Assembly (NCBI GenBank): GCA_035479215.1
Contig: DATIIZ010000012.1
Location: 1 to 63,411, forward strand
DNA from: Candidatus Babeliales bacterium
GTDB lineage: Bacteria; Patescibacteriota; Saccharimonadia; Saccharimonadales; UBA10212
Direction of reading: 5' to 3'
Length of the DNA stretch: 63,411 nucleotides
Under the pieces are notes generated by a model. It saw only the letters and a program-made list of their open reading frames with translations. It was not told the DNA's origin and made no database searches. How positions within the stretch are numbered: the stretch's first letter is position 1; each line of letters starts with the position of its first letter. The translations under genes and the position numbers were made by a program. This document shows positions 37,719 to 46,355 of this stretch, piece by piece.

Positions 37719-38459
37719 ATGGCCAAAACCAACCTTCGTGCCAGAAAAACCTCTGCTTTTTACATTCCGAGCGCTTTTGATTTATTCACTCCAAGTAAAA
37801 ACATAGTTTTAAATAATATATGGATATTTGCCCCCTTGTACGCCGTTTTTTTTATATTCTGGCTGCATAGTTGGATATGGTCGCCGACCATCAACTCAGG
37901 CCCACATTGGTATACCCGGCTAGACGGGCTTAGCCCAGGCTGGACAGCCAGCCCGCTGCCGACCTACAGCAGCTTTATTGTCGTAGGATTTTCATTATTC
38001 TGGTTCTTGATTGTATTAGTAGCTGGCTCTATCGCTCAGATGATGTCCCATACAGCTCAGTTGTACGGAGCGGAGCAGAAAAACTTGGCCTTTGATAAAT
38101 TGTGGCTGGTAGTAAAAGAAGTCGGATGGCGTTTAGTTGGCCTTTATTTAGTAGTTTTTCTGACTGTTGTATTGGGACTAATTCTATTTATTGTTCCCGG
38201 GCTGATAATGATCAGGCGCTACTTTCTAGCTCCCTACGTATTAGTCGATAAGAAATGTGGCGTCCGTGAAGCCATGGATGAGAGTGCCAGGTTATCGAAG
38301 ATGAATACCGGTTCAATCTGGGGAATAATCGGCGTTATGTTATTAATCGGACTAGTAAATATTATCCCTGTTTTCGGAGGGCTGGTTTCGTTCGCATTGG
38401 GCGGCCTTTATTCCGTAGCACCAGCTTTACGTTACACCCAACTAAGAAAGATGTCCTAA
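37719..38459 (+). CDS. Integral membrane protein (246 aa), function unknown
   Basis: Several long hydrophobic segments. No catalytic motif recognised. Confidence 0.7.
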   Translation: MAKTNLRARKTSAFYIPSAFDLFTPSKNIVLNNIWIFAPLYAVFFIFWLHSWIWSPTINSGPHWYTRLDGLSPGWTASPLPTYSSFIVVGFSLFWFLIVLVAGSIAQMMSHTAQLYGAEQKNLAFDKLWLVVKEVGWRLVGLYLVVFLTVVLGLILFIVPGLIMIRRYFLAPYVLVDKKCGVREAMDESARLSKMNTGSIWGIIGVMLLIGLVNIIPVFGGLVSFALGGLYSVAPALRYTQLRKMS

Positions 38460-38464
38460 GAAGA

Positions 38465-39091
38465 ATGGTCGAAATATACCTTTGCCGCCATGGACAAAGC
38501 GCAGCAAATGCCGAAGGGACTCTAGCTGGCCATTTAGATTCACCGCTTAATGACATCGGCCGGGAGCAAGCCAAAGAATTGGCTGAGTTAGCTAAAAAAT
38601 CAGGGCTTAAATTTGATATCGTTTACACATCACCGCTTAGCCGGGCAAAAGAAACTGCTGAAATTATAGCCAGAGTGACTAAATCACCTTTGCCTAAGAC
38701 TATGAATCAGCTGATTGAGAGAGACTTTGGGATATTAACCGGTAAAAAGTATAGCGAGATCGACGACTACGCTACAGAATTTCTAAAAACTGACGAAATA
38801 TATTACTTTACCGAGGTTAAGGATTCCGAGACTTTTCCGATGGCATTCAAACGAGCACAAGGAGTACTTGATTTAATTAGAGGCAGACATAAGTCAGGCA
38901 AGGTGTTGTTAGTAGCCCACGGCGATATTGGTATGATGCTGTTCGCCGCCTTTCACAAAACACCGTGGAAGAAGGCTCTAACTCATTTTCATTTTGGTAA
39001 TTCTGAACTTCTTTTGTTGAAGGAAGATCTGCGGCATAAGCCCCATGTCTTTGAGATCGACCAAAGAGGCATTAGTGAAACTGCTAATTAA
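38465..39091 (+). CDS. Histidine phosphatase family protein (phosphoglycerate mutase-like)
   Basis: N-terminal RHGQS motif (LCRHGQSAAN) and a later HGD (LVAHGDIG). Confidence 0.85.
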   Translation: MVEIYLCRHGQSAANAEGTLAGHLDSPLNDIGREQAKELAELAKKSGLKFDIVYTSPLSRAKETAEIIARVTKSPLPKTMNQLIERDFGILTGKKYSEIDDYATEFLKTDEIYYFTEVKDSETFPMAFKRAQGVLDLIRGRHKSGKVLLVAHGDIGMMLFAAFHKTPWKKALTHFHFGNSELLLLKEDLRHKPHVFEIDQRGISETAN

Positions 39092-40280
39092 CCAGTTTGT
39101 CTATCGCCTCACCGAAGGCGGCTTCTTTTAGCGTCAGGCTGTTATTCTTCATCCTGGCGAGAATCTTATCAGTAGCTACTACTAATATCCTTTCGAGTTC
39201 CTGGTTAACCTTTGCCTCTTCCCAATGTTCGCCCTGCCTATTCTGCAGCCATTCCAAGTAGCTGACCGCCACACCGCCAGAATTGGCTAAGATATCAGGC
39301 ACGTCTAGGATTTTATTCTTTTCCAGATATTTATAGGCCTGATAACTTACCGGCCCGTTGGCCAGTTCCAGAACAATCTTAGACTTAACATTGCTGACAT
39401 TAGCTTCATTAACCGAGTCTTCCAGTGCAGCCAAGACTAAGACGTCGACGTTTAAGCCGACCAGTTCCTCGTTGCTGATTTTCTTTCCAAGACCCCAATT
39501 AATGAGTCTGCCGTTTTCTTTCTTAAATCTGTCGGCTTTCGTAGGTGAAATACCATTTGGTTCATATACTCCACCGCTGGAATCGGTCGCAGCCACCAAC
39601 TTCCAATTTTTTATATCATGCTCAGCAACCAGCGAGAAAAACGAACCCACATTTCCCCAGCCCTGGACAGCATAGGTCACCTGTCCCTTAATACTTAACC
39701 TCTTAAGTATTTCACGTAGCACAATAACTCCGCCTCGCCCAGTTGCTGCCTCCCGTCCTAGACTGCCGCCTTTTTGGATGCTTTTGCCAGTGAAGCTGGC
39801 GTGAGACTTATCACCGGTTAAATTTTCATACTCATCGACCATCCAGTCGATTATCTGTGAATTAGTATTAACATCGGGTGCAGGCACATCCTTATCTGGT
39901 CCGATATTCTTATAAAGACTCTGTACGTACTTGCGCGATAATTCCTGGAGAGATTCAATGGAAAGTTCTTTTGGATTAACTCTTATTCCACCTTTACCGC
40001 CGCCAAGGGGTATGCCGATGGCGGCTGTTTTAAAACTCATCAGTGTGGCCAATGCCCTGACCTCGTTTAAATTCACCTGCGGGTGAAACCTTATCCCGCC
40101 TTTATAAGGGCCGAGTTTATTGCTGTGCTGGATGCGGTAAGCCTGGTGTTTCGAGCCGTCTGAAAGTCCAATTTCGAATGTATGTTCGGCATTAATAGAA
40201 ATTAGATCTTCTGTCTGCTGATCGCTGAGGCCAAGCTTTTTTGCAGTGTCCCGGATTATTTTCGTGGCTGTATCTAACAT
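39084..40280 (-). CDS. gdh: Glutamate dehydrogenase (Glu/Leu/Phe/Val dehydrogenase family)
   Basis: KGGIRFHP...LGGGKGGI catalytic-Lys motif and RocG-like similarity. Start set to ATG 40280 because the ORF-track extension to 40373 runs through the tRNA gene. Confidence 0.9.
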   Translation of the reverse strand: MLDTATKIIRDTAKKLGLSDQQTEDLISINAEHTFEIGLSDGSKHQAYRIQHSNKLGPYKGGIRFHPQVNLNEVRALATLMSFKTAAIGIPLGGGKGGIRVNPKELSIESLQELSRKYVQSLYKNIGPDKDVPAPDVNTNSQIIDWMVDEYENLTGDKSHASFTGKSIQKGGSLGREAATGRGGVIVLREILKRLSIKGQVTYAVQGWGNVGSFFSLVAEHDIKNWKLVAATDSSGGVYEPNGISPTKADRFKKENGRLINWGLGKKISNEELVGLNVDVLVLAALEDSVNEANVSNVKSKIVLELANGPVSYQAYKYLEKNKILDVPDILANSGGVAVSYLEWLQNRQGEHWEEAKVNQELERILVVATDKILARMKNNSLTLKEAAFGEAIDKLVN

Positions 40281-40294
40281 ATTGTGATTATAAG

Positions 40295-40379
40295 TGGTGG
40301 GTGAGAGAGGACTCGAACCTCCACGGGTTGCCCCACTAGCTCCTAAGGCTAGCGTGTATACCAATTTCACCACTCACCC
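40295..40379 (-). tRNA. tRNA-Leu (anticodon TAG), class II long variable arm, CCA encoded
   Basis: Minus strand: GGGTGAGTGGTGAAATTGGTATACACGCTAGCCTTAGGAGCTAGTGGGGCAACCCGTGGAGGTTCGAGTCCTCTCTCACCCACCA. It has a 7-bp acceptor stem, the anticodon arm CTAGC-CTTAGGA-GCTAG, a GGTTCGAGTCC T-arm and a long variable arm. Confidence 0.9.
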
Positions 40380-40393
40380 TTAACAGGGGTATT

Positions 40394-40930
40394 TTACTTG
40401 ATTCTGCGAAAAAAGACTAGCTTGGCATCATGGTAATCTTTCGTAGCAGCAATTTCGGTCAAGTCGAATTTAGGTATTTCTAGCCGCCCCGGCAGCGAGA
40501 GGACAGCTAGACCGCCGGCCTTGACGTGTCTTTTTATAAGACGCTGCATAAGACTAGTCTGCAAATCGTCATAAGGCGGATCAAGGAGTACTATATCGAA
40601 CTTCTTCTCCATATTATGGATACTCCAACCCCCGGTGTTGGCCTTAATAACCTTGACAGTTTTCTGCAAGCGCAAGTCTTTAACATTCCTTTCGATTACA
40701 AAGTGTGCCGAGCGGTCAATATCTATAGCAACTACACTCTTTGCACCACGACTAGCGGCTTCGAAAGCCAAAGCACCGCTACCAGCAAAAGCATCCAGAA
40801 AGCTCAGGCCTTCAATATCGCCCAAAACGTTAAAGAGTGCCCCCCGGGCTTTATCGCTCATCGGGTGAGTCTTGCGGCTGTGAGGGCTTTGGAATTGCTG
40901 ACCTTTAAGCGAACCAGAAATAATTCTCAT
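40394..40930 (-). CDS. rsmD: 16S rRNA (guanine966-N2)-methyltransferase RsmD family
   Basis: MRIISG..KG......P....RP..D..R.A.FN.L start, the LDAFAGSGALAFEA SAM motif, and LLDPPY. Confidence 0.88.
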   Translation of the reverse strand: MRIISGSLKGQQFQSPHSRKTHPMSDKARGALFNVLGDIEGLSFLDAFAGSGALAFEAASRGAKSVVAIDIDRSAHFVIERNVKDLRLQKTVKVIKANTGGWSIHNMEKKFDIVLLDPPYDDLQTSLMQRLIKRHVKAGGLAVLSLPGRLEIPKFDLTEIAATKDYHDAKLVFFRRIK

Positions 40931-40939
40931 ATATTTATT

Positions 40940-42976
40940 TTAATTCAAATTAGTAACAGCGCGCAAAACGCTCACCCGTCTCATTAGATGAGGGTAGGTA
41001 TCTAGTTCTTCGCTTTTTTCTATGAATTCTTGGGCTGTTTCACGAGCAGCTACTATTAACTTGATGTCCGATAGGTTGGCGATGCGTAAGTCCAAGGCAC
41101 CGTGCTGGATAGTTCCATATATTGCCCCCGGCCCTCGTAACTGGAGGTCTAATTCGGCCAGTTTGAACCCATCAGTCATAGTTTCTAGTGCCTTAAGCCG
41201 TTGAAGGGGGGCTTTGATATCGCCAAGCATTAAAAAACAGTAACTTTGGTGTTTACTCCGGCCAACACGACCCCTTAACTGATGTATTTGCGCCAATCCG
41301 AATCTTTCGGCGCCAATAATCATCATAACTGTGGCATTGGGAACATCGACACCAACTTCGATCACGGTAGTACTGACTAAAATTTCATATTTTCGCGCCA
41401 AGAAGTCGCCCATTACTTTTTCTTTTTCTTCTGCTTTCATACGCCCATGGAGCAAGCCGACCCTACGGTGCTTGAAACTCTTTTCGGACAGGTCTTTATA
41501 GGTTTCTTCGGCAGATAGGCCTGAGCTTTTTTCGCTCTCAGTTATTAACGGGCAAACTACGAACATCTGCCGGCCGGCGGCCAGTTCCATATCAATTTCC
41601 AGATATAGTTTTTCTTTTGATATTGGTGAACAGATTTTTGTTTTGATAGCCTGTCGTCCTGGCGGCATTTCATCTAAAATCGATACATCCAGTTCACCAT
41701 AGAGTGTCAGTGCCAGGCTCCTAGGTATCGGAGTAGCTGTCATATGTAGCACATGTGGCATATGTCCGGCTTTAGCCTGGAGTTTTTTACGCTGGTCGAC
41801 TCCGAAACGATGTTGTTCATCAACTACGATCAAGCCCAGTTTATGCATATCTACTTTCTCGGCTATCAGAGCATGGGTGCCGACAATCAGCCTGGCTTCG
41901 CCGCTAGCTATTTTCTGTTGGACGGTTTTTTTCTGCGAAGGCTTTAAGGAACCTAGCAATAATCCTAGCTGCTCGCCGTAGCCAACACTATCAAACAATC
42001 TATGGAGCGTTTCGGCGTGCTGGCGGGCTAGGATTTCGGTGGGAGCCATAAATGCTACCTGATAACCTTGTTCCATAACCATAAGTGCCGCCATAGCCGC
42101 CACGACCGTCTTTCCTGAACCCACATCTCCTTCGACTAATCGATTCATCGGCTGGAATTGCTGCATATCTTGGTAGATGCGCCAAACAACCTTCCGCTGG
42201 GAGTTAGTCAGTTTAAACGGCAGCTTATCAACAAATGTTTTAGCTAATCTCTCATTAAAGGCTATCGGGACGGCTTTTTCATAAGAGAATTCTTGTTTGT
42301 TAAGCAGTGCCGCCAGGCTGAGCTCAAAGACCTCTTCAAATCCCAGTCGTTTTTTTGCGGAGTCCAGCGCCTTATCCGATGACGGGAAATGTACCTCTGA
42401 TACTGCCATTGAATACCCTTCCAGTCTCTGGTTTTTTAGCAGCCAATTTGGCAAGTGTTCAGGCAGTTCTTTGACCACAGTCAAAGCCTCGCGTATAAGT
42501 TTTCTTATTTGGTTAGATTTTAGTCCTTTAGTTTCTTTGTAGACCGGAATGACACGGGCACTATTTATCGGAAAATCACTCAGCAACTCGACTGAGGGGT
42601 TAGCAATAGAAAACCGGTTTCTGCGCAGGGCATATTCGCCGGCAATGAAATAATCCTGACCTTGTTTAATCGCATTGGCTCTATATGGCTGGTTGAACCA
42701 GACTAAGCGGACGCTGGCTGAATCGTCGCTAGCTATTGCCTCTGTAATATGCATACCCCTCCTGACGTACCTGCCAACCACAGAGCTGATTTTGGCATTG
42801 ATTGTTACGCGGCCGGGCCTGAGAGATTTGACCTGTGAGATCTTGGAATAATCATCATAACGCCTTGGAAAATACTCGATTAGGTCGTTTACGGACTCTA
42901 TACCAACTATGGCCAATTTCTTGGCTAATTCATTACCCACACCTTTGAGGTCGGTCACTGGATCGGTCAATAACAC
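40940..42976 (-). CDS. recG: ATP-dependent DNA helicase RecG
   Basis: LEGDVGSGKT (Walker A), VVDEQHRFGV, the wedge-domain region and QLRGRVGR. Confidence 0.95.
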   Translation of the reverse strand: MLLTDPVTDLKGVGNELAKKLAIVGIESVNDLIEYFPRRYDDYSKISQVKSLRPGRVTINAKISSVVGRYVRRGMHITEAIASDDSASVRLVWFNQPYRANAIKQGQDYFIAGEYALRRNRFSIANPSVELLSDFPINSARVIPVYKETKGLKSNQIRKLIREALTVVKELPEHLPNWLLKNQRLEGYSMAVSEVHFPSSDKALDSAKKRLGFEEVFELSLAALLNKQEFSYEKAVPIAFNERLAKTFVDKLPFKLTNSQRKVVWRIYQDMQQFQPMNRLVEGDVGSGKTVVAAMAALMVMEQGYQVAFMAPTEILARQHAETLHRLFDSVGYGEQLGLLLGSLKPSQKKTVQQKIASGEARLIVGTHALIAEKVDMHKLGLIVVDEQHRFGVDQRKKLQAKAGHMPHVLHMTATPIPRSLALTLYGELDVSILDEMPPGRQAIKTKICSPISKEKLYLEIDMELAAGRQMFVVCPLITESEKSSGLSAEETYKDLSEKSFKHRRVGLLHGRMKAEEKEKVMGDFLARKYEILVSTTVIEVGVDVPNATVMMIIGAERFGLAQIHQLRGRVGRSKHQSYCFLMLGDIKAPLQRLKALETMTDGFKLAELDLQLRGPGAIYGTIQHGALDLRIANLSDIKLIVAARETAQEFIEKSEELDTYPHLMRRVSVLRAVTNLN

Positions 42977-42993
42977 TATGGTTAGTTTAGCAA

Positions 42994-43707
42994 TTAATAA
43001 CTGCGGTGTCTGGCTTGCTCTCTAGCCTTGATAGCGATAGAATCATCAATTTCGAGCAGTTTAAAATCTTCGTATCTTTTTTTAGCTGCCAGCGAGATAA
43101 GTTCATCACAAAAATGAGTGTTGTTCGGCAGGAACGGGCCATGCAGATACGTGCCAAAGACATTGTTAGTCCGGGCGCCTTCTGTCTTATCCTTGCCATT
43201 ATTGCCGCCGCCGCGCAGAACTTTACCGAGTGGGGCCTGAGCAGGACCTAAGAAGGTCTGTCCGCTGTGATTTTCAAAACCGAAAAGCTGCCCGAATTCT
43301 GACACGACCATGACGTTTCCGATCATTCGTTCCTGACCGCCGAACGTCTCGGCATCGAAAATGCCGATACCTTTGACCTCTTCTTTGGCATGTGTCACAT
43401 ACCTATGCCCAAACAACTGGTAGGTACCGCAGATGACTATCATCGGTGTTCCTTTATCGGATAGTTCGTGAATAGTATCCTTTATACGCAAGATGTCTGT
43501 TTGAACGTCCGCCTGCGCCGAGTCCTGTCCGCCACCCCCGATGATGATATCGATGCTTGATGGTAATTGTGAGCCCGGATGATGGTGATGAACTATCGGT
43601 TCTAATCCGTGCCATTGGGCTCGTTTCTTTAGAGTCAGGGCGTTGCCATGATCCCCGTAGGTATTTAGTTCGTTTGGATAAAGATGCAGTATATGGAGCT
43701 GCATCAT
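42994..43707 (-). CDS. gatD: Lipid II isoglutaminyl synthase, glutaminase subunit GatD (CobQ-like GATase)
   Basis: ICGTYQLFG (Cys nucleophile), GFENHSGQT and GTYLHGPFLP. Overlaps murT by 4 nt. Confidence 0.85.
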   Translation of the reverse strand: MMQLHILHLYPNELNTYGDHGNALTLKKRAQWHGLEPIVHHHHPGSQLPSSIDIIIGGGGQDSAQADVQTDILRIKDTIHELSDKGTPMIVICGTYQLFGHRYVTHAKEEVKGIGIFDAETFGGQERMIGNVMVVSEFGQLFGFENHSGQTFLGPAQAPLGKVLRGGGNNGKDKTEGARTNNVFGTYLHGPFLPNNTHFCDELISLAAKKRYEDFKLLEIDDSIAIKAREQARHRSY

Positions 43708-44987
43708 ACCTTCTCCCCGTTCTTAATTAGATAGTCATATAGCTGCAGCATGGCCGTATAGGTTGCCAATATGACCTTGTCCCCATTTTTCATACTTAGT
43801 TCTTTAAGAGCCTTGGGCAGACTGGGTTCGATCGTCGCGGTAGCAACATCGTCATAACTAAGCCGCAGGGCCATATCGACACCTCGCTTGCCGCTGGTGA
43901 TGCTTACTTTCCGTCCGCTTAGGCTAGAGAAGTCAACGTCCCATAGCCAGGATACATCCCTACCGTCAGCGATGTTATCATTAATTGCTATCATTAGATT
44001 CGTATCTTTAGTACTGTATGAAGAAAGGGCTTGGGTGCAACTGGCCGGGTTTTTTACTAACACAAGTTCGATTTCGGCTTCGTTTTTTAGTTTGTACCGC
44101 TCGCCCCTGCCGAAGGCCAACGTAACAACAGATAGAGTGGATACCAGATCTTCAGTCTCTATATCGGGCAATAACGCGCGGCAAAGTGCCAATGCAGCGG
44201 CGCCATTTAAATAATTATGCTGGCCGGTCAGTTTGAGACGAGCCTTGAAATCTTTGCCGCCGATCTTGTAAGTCACCTCTTGCTCGGAAAAACTTATCAA
44301 CTCTACATCGGCCGTCGGTTCCTTCAAATTCTCTTTCTTTTTATGGGTGTTGCCAACGGCTGCCAGCTCATAATCATTAGGGAAGAACTTCCGTAATTTT
44401 TCCGAGAATCCGAAATAAATCGTCTGAACCTTATTCTCAGTTGATATATTCTTAGCAATAGTAAAAAGTTTCGGGTCTTTTGAATTGGTAACAATTCCTT
44501 GTGTTGCTTTCCCCATCGCATCTTTCACATAAGAAGCGATAGTATCGACTTCACCGAAGCGGTCCAGCTGGTCGCGACTGACATTTAGCCCCAACACCCA
44601 CCTGGGTTTTATCTGTTCAACCAAAAGGCGGGCAGAGGCCTCGTCGACCTCTAATACCGCTATGTCATATGGGAGCCGGTTAAATAACGTGGCGCTCCTG
44701 GATAAAGTAGAGGCTATTCCACGCATAAGGTTGCTGCCGGTGGTATTGGTTAAGACCTTTTTATGATTTGCTTCGAGTATTTGTGTAACGATTTTGGTCG
44801 TAGTCGTTTTTCCATTGGTGCCGGTGATGATGATTACGCCCTCGGGAATTTTTCTGAGCATTGACGGCAGGTAATTTGGAAATAACCCCTCAATTACCAG
44901 CCCGGGCAGGGCGTGTCCGCCGCCTGGCCTGAATAGCAGCCCCAGGCGAATGATTTTACCAATAAAGGTTGCTGCTAGGTTCTGCAT
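43704..44987 (-). CDS. murT: Lipid II isoglutaminyl synthase, Mur-ligase-like subunit MurT
   Basis: Mur ligase P-loop ITGTNGKTTTTK, a C-terminal DUF1727-like region, and pairing with gatD. Confidence 0.85.
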   Translation of the reverse strand: MQNLAATFIGKIIRLGLLFRPGGGHALPGLVIEGLFPNYLPSMLRKIPEGVIIITGTNGKTTTTKIVTQILEANHKKVLTNTTGSNLMRGIASTLSRSATLFNRLPYDIAVLEVDEASARLLVEQIKPRWVLGLNVSRDQLDRFGEVDTIASYVKDAMGKATQGIVTNSKDPKLFTIAKNISTENKVQTIYFGFSEKLRKFFPNDYELAAVGNTHKKKENLKEPTADVELISFSEQEVTYKIGGKDFKARLKLTGQHNYLNGAAALALCRALLPDIETEDLVSTLSVVTLAFGRGERYKLKNEAEIELVLVKNPASCTQALSSYSTKDTNLMIAINDNIADGRDVSWLWDVDFSSLSGRKVSITSGKRGVDMALRLSYDDVATATIEPSLPKALKELSMKNGDKVILATYTAMLQLYDYLIKNGEKV

Positions 44988-44993
44988 AAACCG

Positions 44994-46238
44994 TTAAGCC
45001 AGTTCAACCAGTACAGAATCTTTGAATGCCTTACCTCGCCTTAACATTAGACGGCCGTGCTTAAAATCGCCAGATTCCAGATGTGCTTTTCCAATTTTTT
45101 CTCCGTCTATATATACAGCCTTGCTTTCCAAAAGCCGCCTGGCTTCGGAGTTTGATGCAGCTAGGCCAGATTCCGACAATACCTCGACAACTGATGTACC
45201 CGGTTGTACTTTTACATTAGTTAGAGCTCCTCTTATTTCTTTCATAGCTGGTTCTTCAGCCTCGGCAATAGGTTTTTTACCGGTTATATATTCTGTGACT
45301 GATTCAGCGAACTTTTCATGTTTTTCTCCGTGGACCAATTTAGTTACTTCCTGAGCTAGCTTAGTTTGGGCTAATCTGTTCTGCGGATCTGCTTTATGCT
45401 TTGATATGATTTCGTCTATATCATTCTTTGGAAGAAAGGTGAATATTTTTAGATACTCATCAACATCATCGTCCTCGACATTTATCCAAAACTGGTAGAA
45501 CTGGGTTGGCGATGTTCTAGCAGCGTCCAGCCAGACTGCACCCTCCTCACTTTTTCCAAACTTTTTACCAGTAGCCTTATTGATGACCAGGGGCATACTG
45601 AAAGCATGGGCTTCTTTTCCTTCTTTTTTGCGAATTAATGGCACGCCGGAAAGCATATTGCCCCATTGATCTGAGGCGCCGATTTGTAGTTGGACGTTCT
45701 TGTTAGTAAACAACCACCAAAAGTCATAACCTTGTAATAATGAGTAGCTGAATTCGGCGTAACTGATACCAGTTCCCGCCATCCCCATCCTGGCATTAAC
45801 AAACTCCCTCTGTATGAGTTCGGTCATTGAATAATGCTTTCCGGTATCTCGTAAAAAATCCAGGTAGTTTACACTTCCAAGCCAATCCAAATTGTTTAGT
45901 AATTCGTGAGGTTTACCGTCAAACAACATTTGTATCTGCGATTGGATGCCTTTGATATTTTTGGCGATTTCTTGCTTGTCCTTTAGATCGCGTTCTTCAT
46001 CTTTGCCGCCAGGATCCCCGATTAAGCTTGTGGCGCCGCCGACCAGCATAACCGATTGCCATCCGGCATCCATTAACCGCCTAGCGAGCAATATTACTGC
46101 TAGGTTCCCTATAGTCAAGCTGTCAGTGCTGGCGTCAATTCCCAGATAGAATTTTTTAGGTTCATCCAGCCAGCCAATATTTGTAAAAGTCTTGTCTTTT
46201 ATCAGGCCTCTCCAGACTAAGTCCTCAGATAATTTCAT
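44994..46238 (-). CDS. tyrS: Tyrosine--tRNA ligase
   Basis: Class I aaRS with a KFGKS (KMSKS-type) motif and a C-terminal S4-like domain. Confidence 0.93.
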   Translation of the reverse strand: MKLSEDLVWRGLIKDKTFTNIGWLDEPKKFYLGIDASTDSLTIGNLAVILLARRLMDAGWQSVMLVGGATSLIGDPGGKDEERDLKDKQEIAKNIKGIQSQIQMLFDGKPHELLNNLDWLGSVNYLDFLRDTGKHYSMTELIQREFVNARMGMAGTGISYAEFSYSLLQGYDFWWLFTNKNVQLQIGASDQWGNMLSGVPLIRKKEGKEAHAFSMPLVINKATGKKFGKSEEGAVWLDAARTSPTQFYQFWINVEDDDVDEYLKIFTFLPKNDIDEIISKHKADPQNRLAQTKLAQEVTKLVHGEKHEKFAESVTEYITGKKPIAEAEEPAMKEIRGALTNVKVQPGTSVVEVLSESGLAASNSEARRLLESKAVYIDGEKIGKAHLESGDFKHGRLMLRRGKAFKDSVLVELA

Positions 46239-46355
46239 AAGCTAATTTTCAGCAAAATGTCCTTTATTACTTATTAGTATAACCGAATATTATTATGCTA
46301 TTTGTAACTAAGCGTTTTGATATAATAGTTCCGAATGGGAGTATAAGAAAACTAG

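Noticed and set aside
40281-40373. N-terminal 31-aa extension of the glutamate dehydrogenase ORF in the track
   Set aside because: The extension runs straight through the tRNA-Leu gene (40295..40379). The conserved GDH sequence begins at the internal ATG at 40280.
42987-43199. 70-aa ORF overlapping the 3' end of gatD
   Set aside because: It lies on the same strand in an alternative frame inside a conserved gene. No support.
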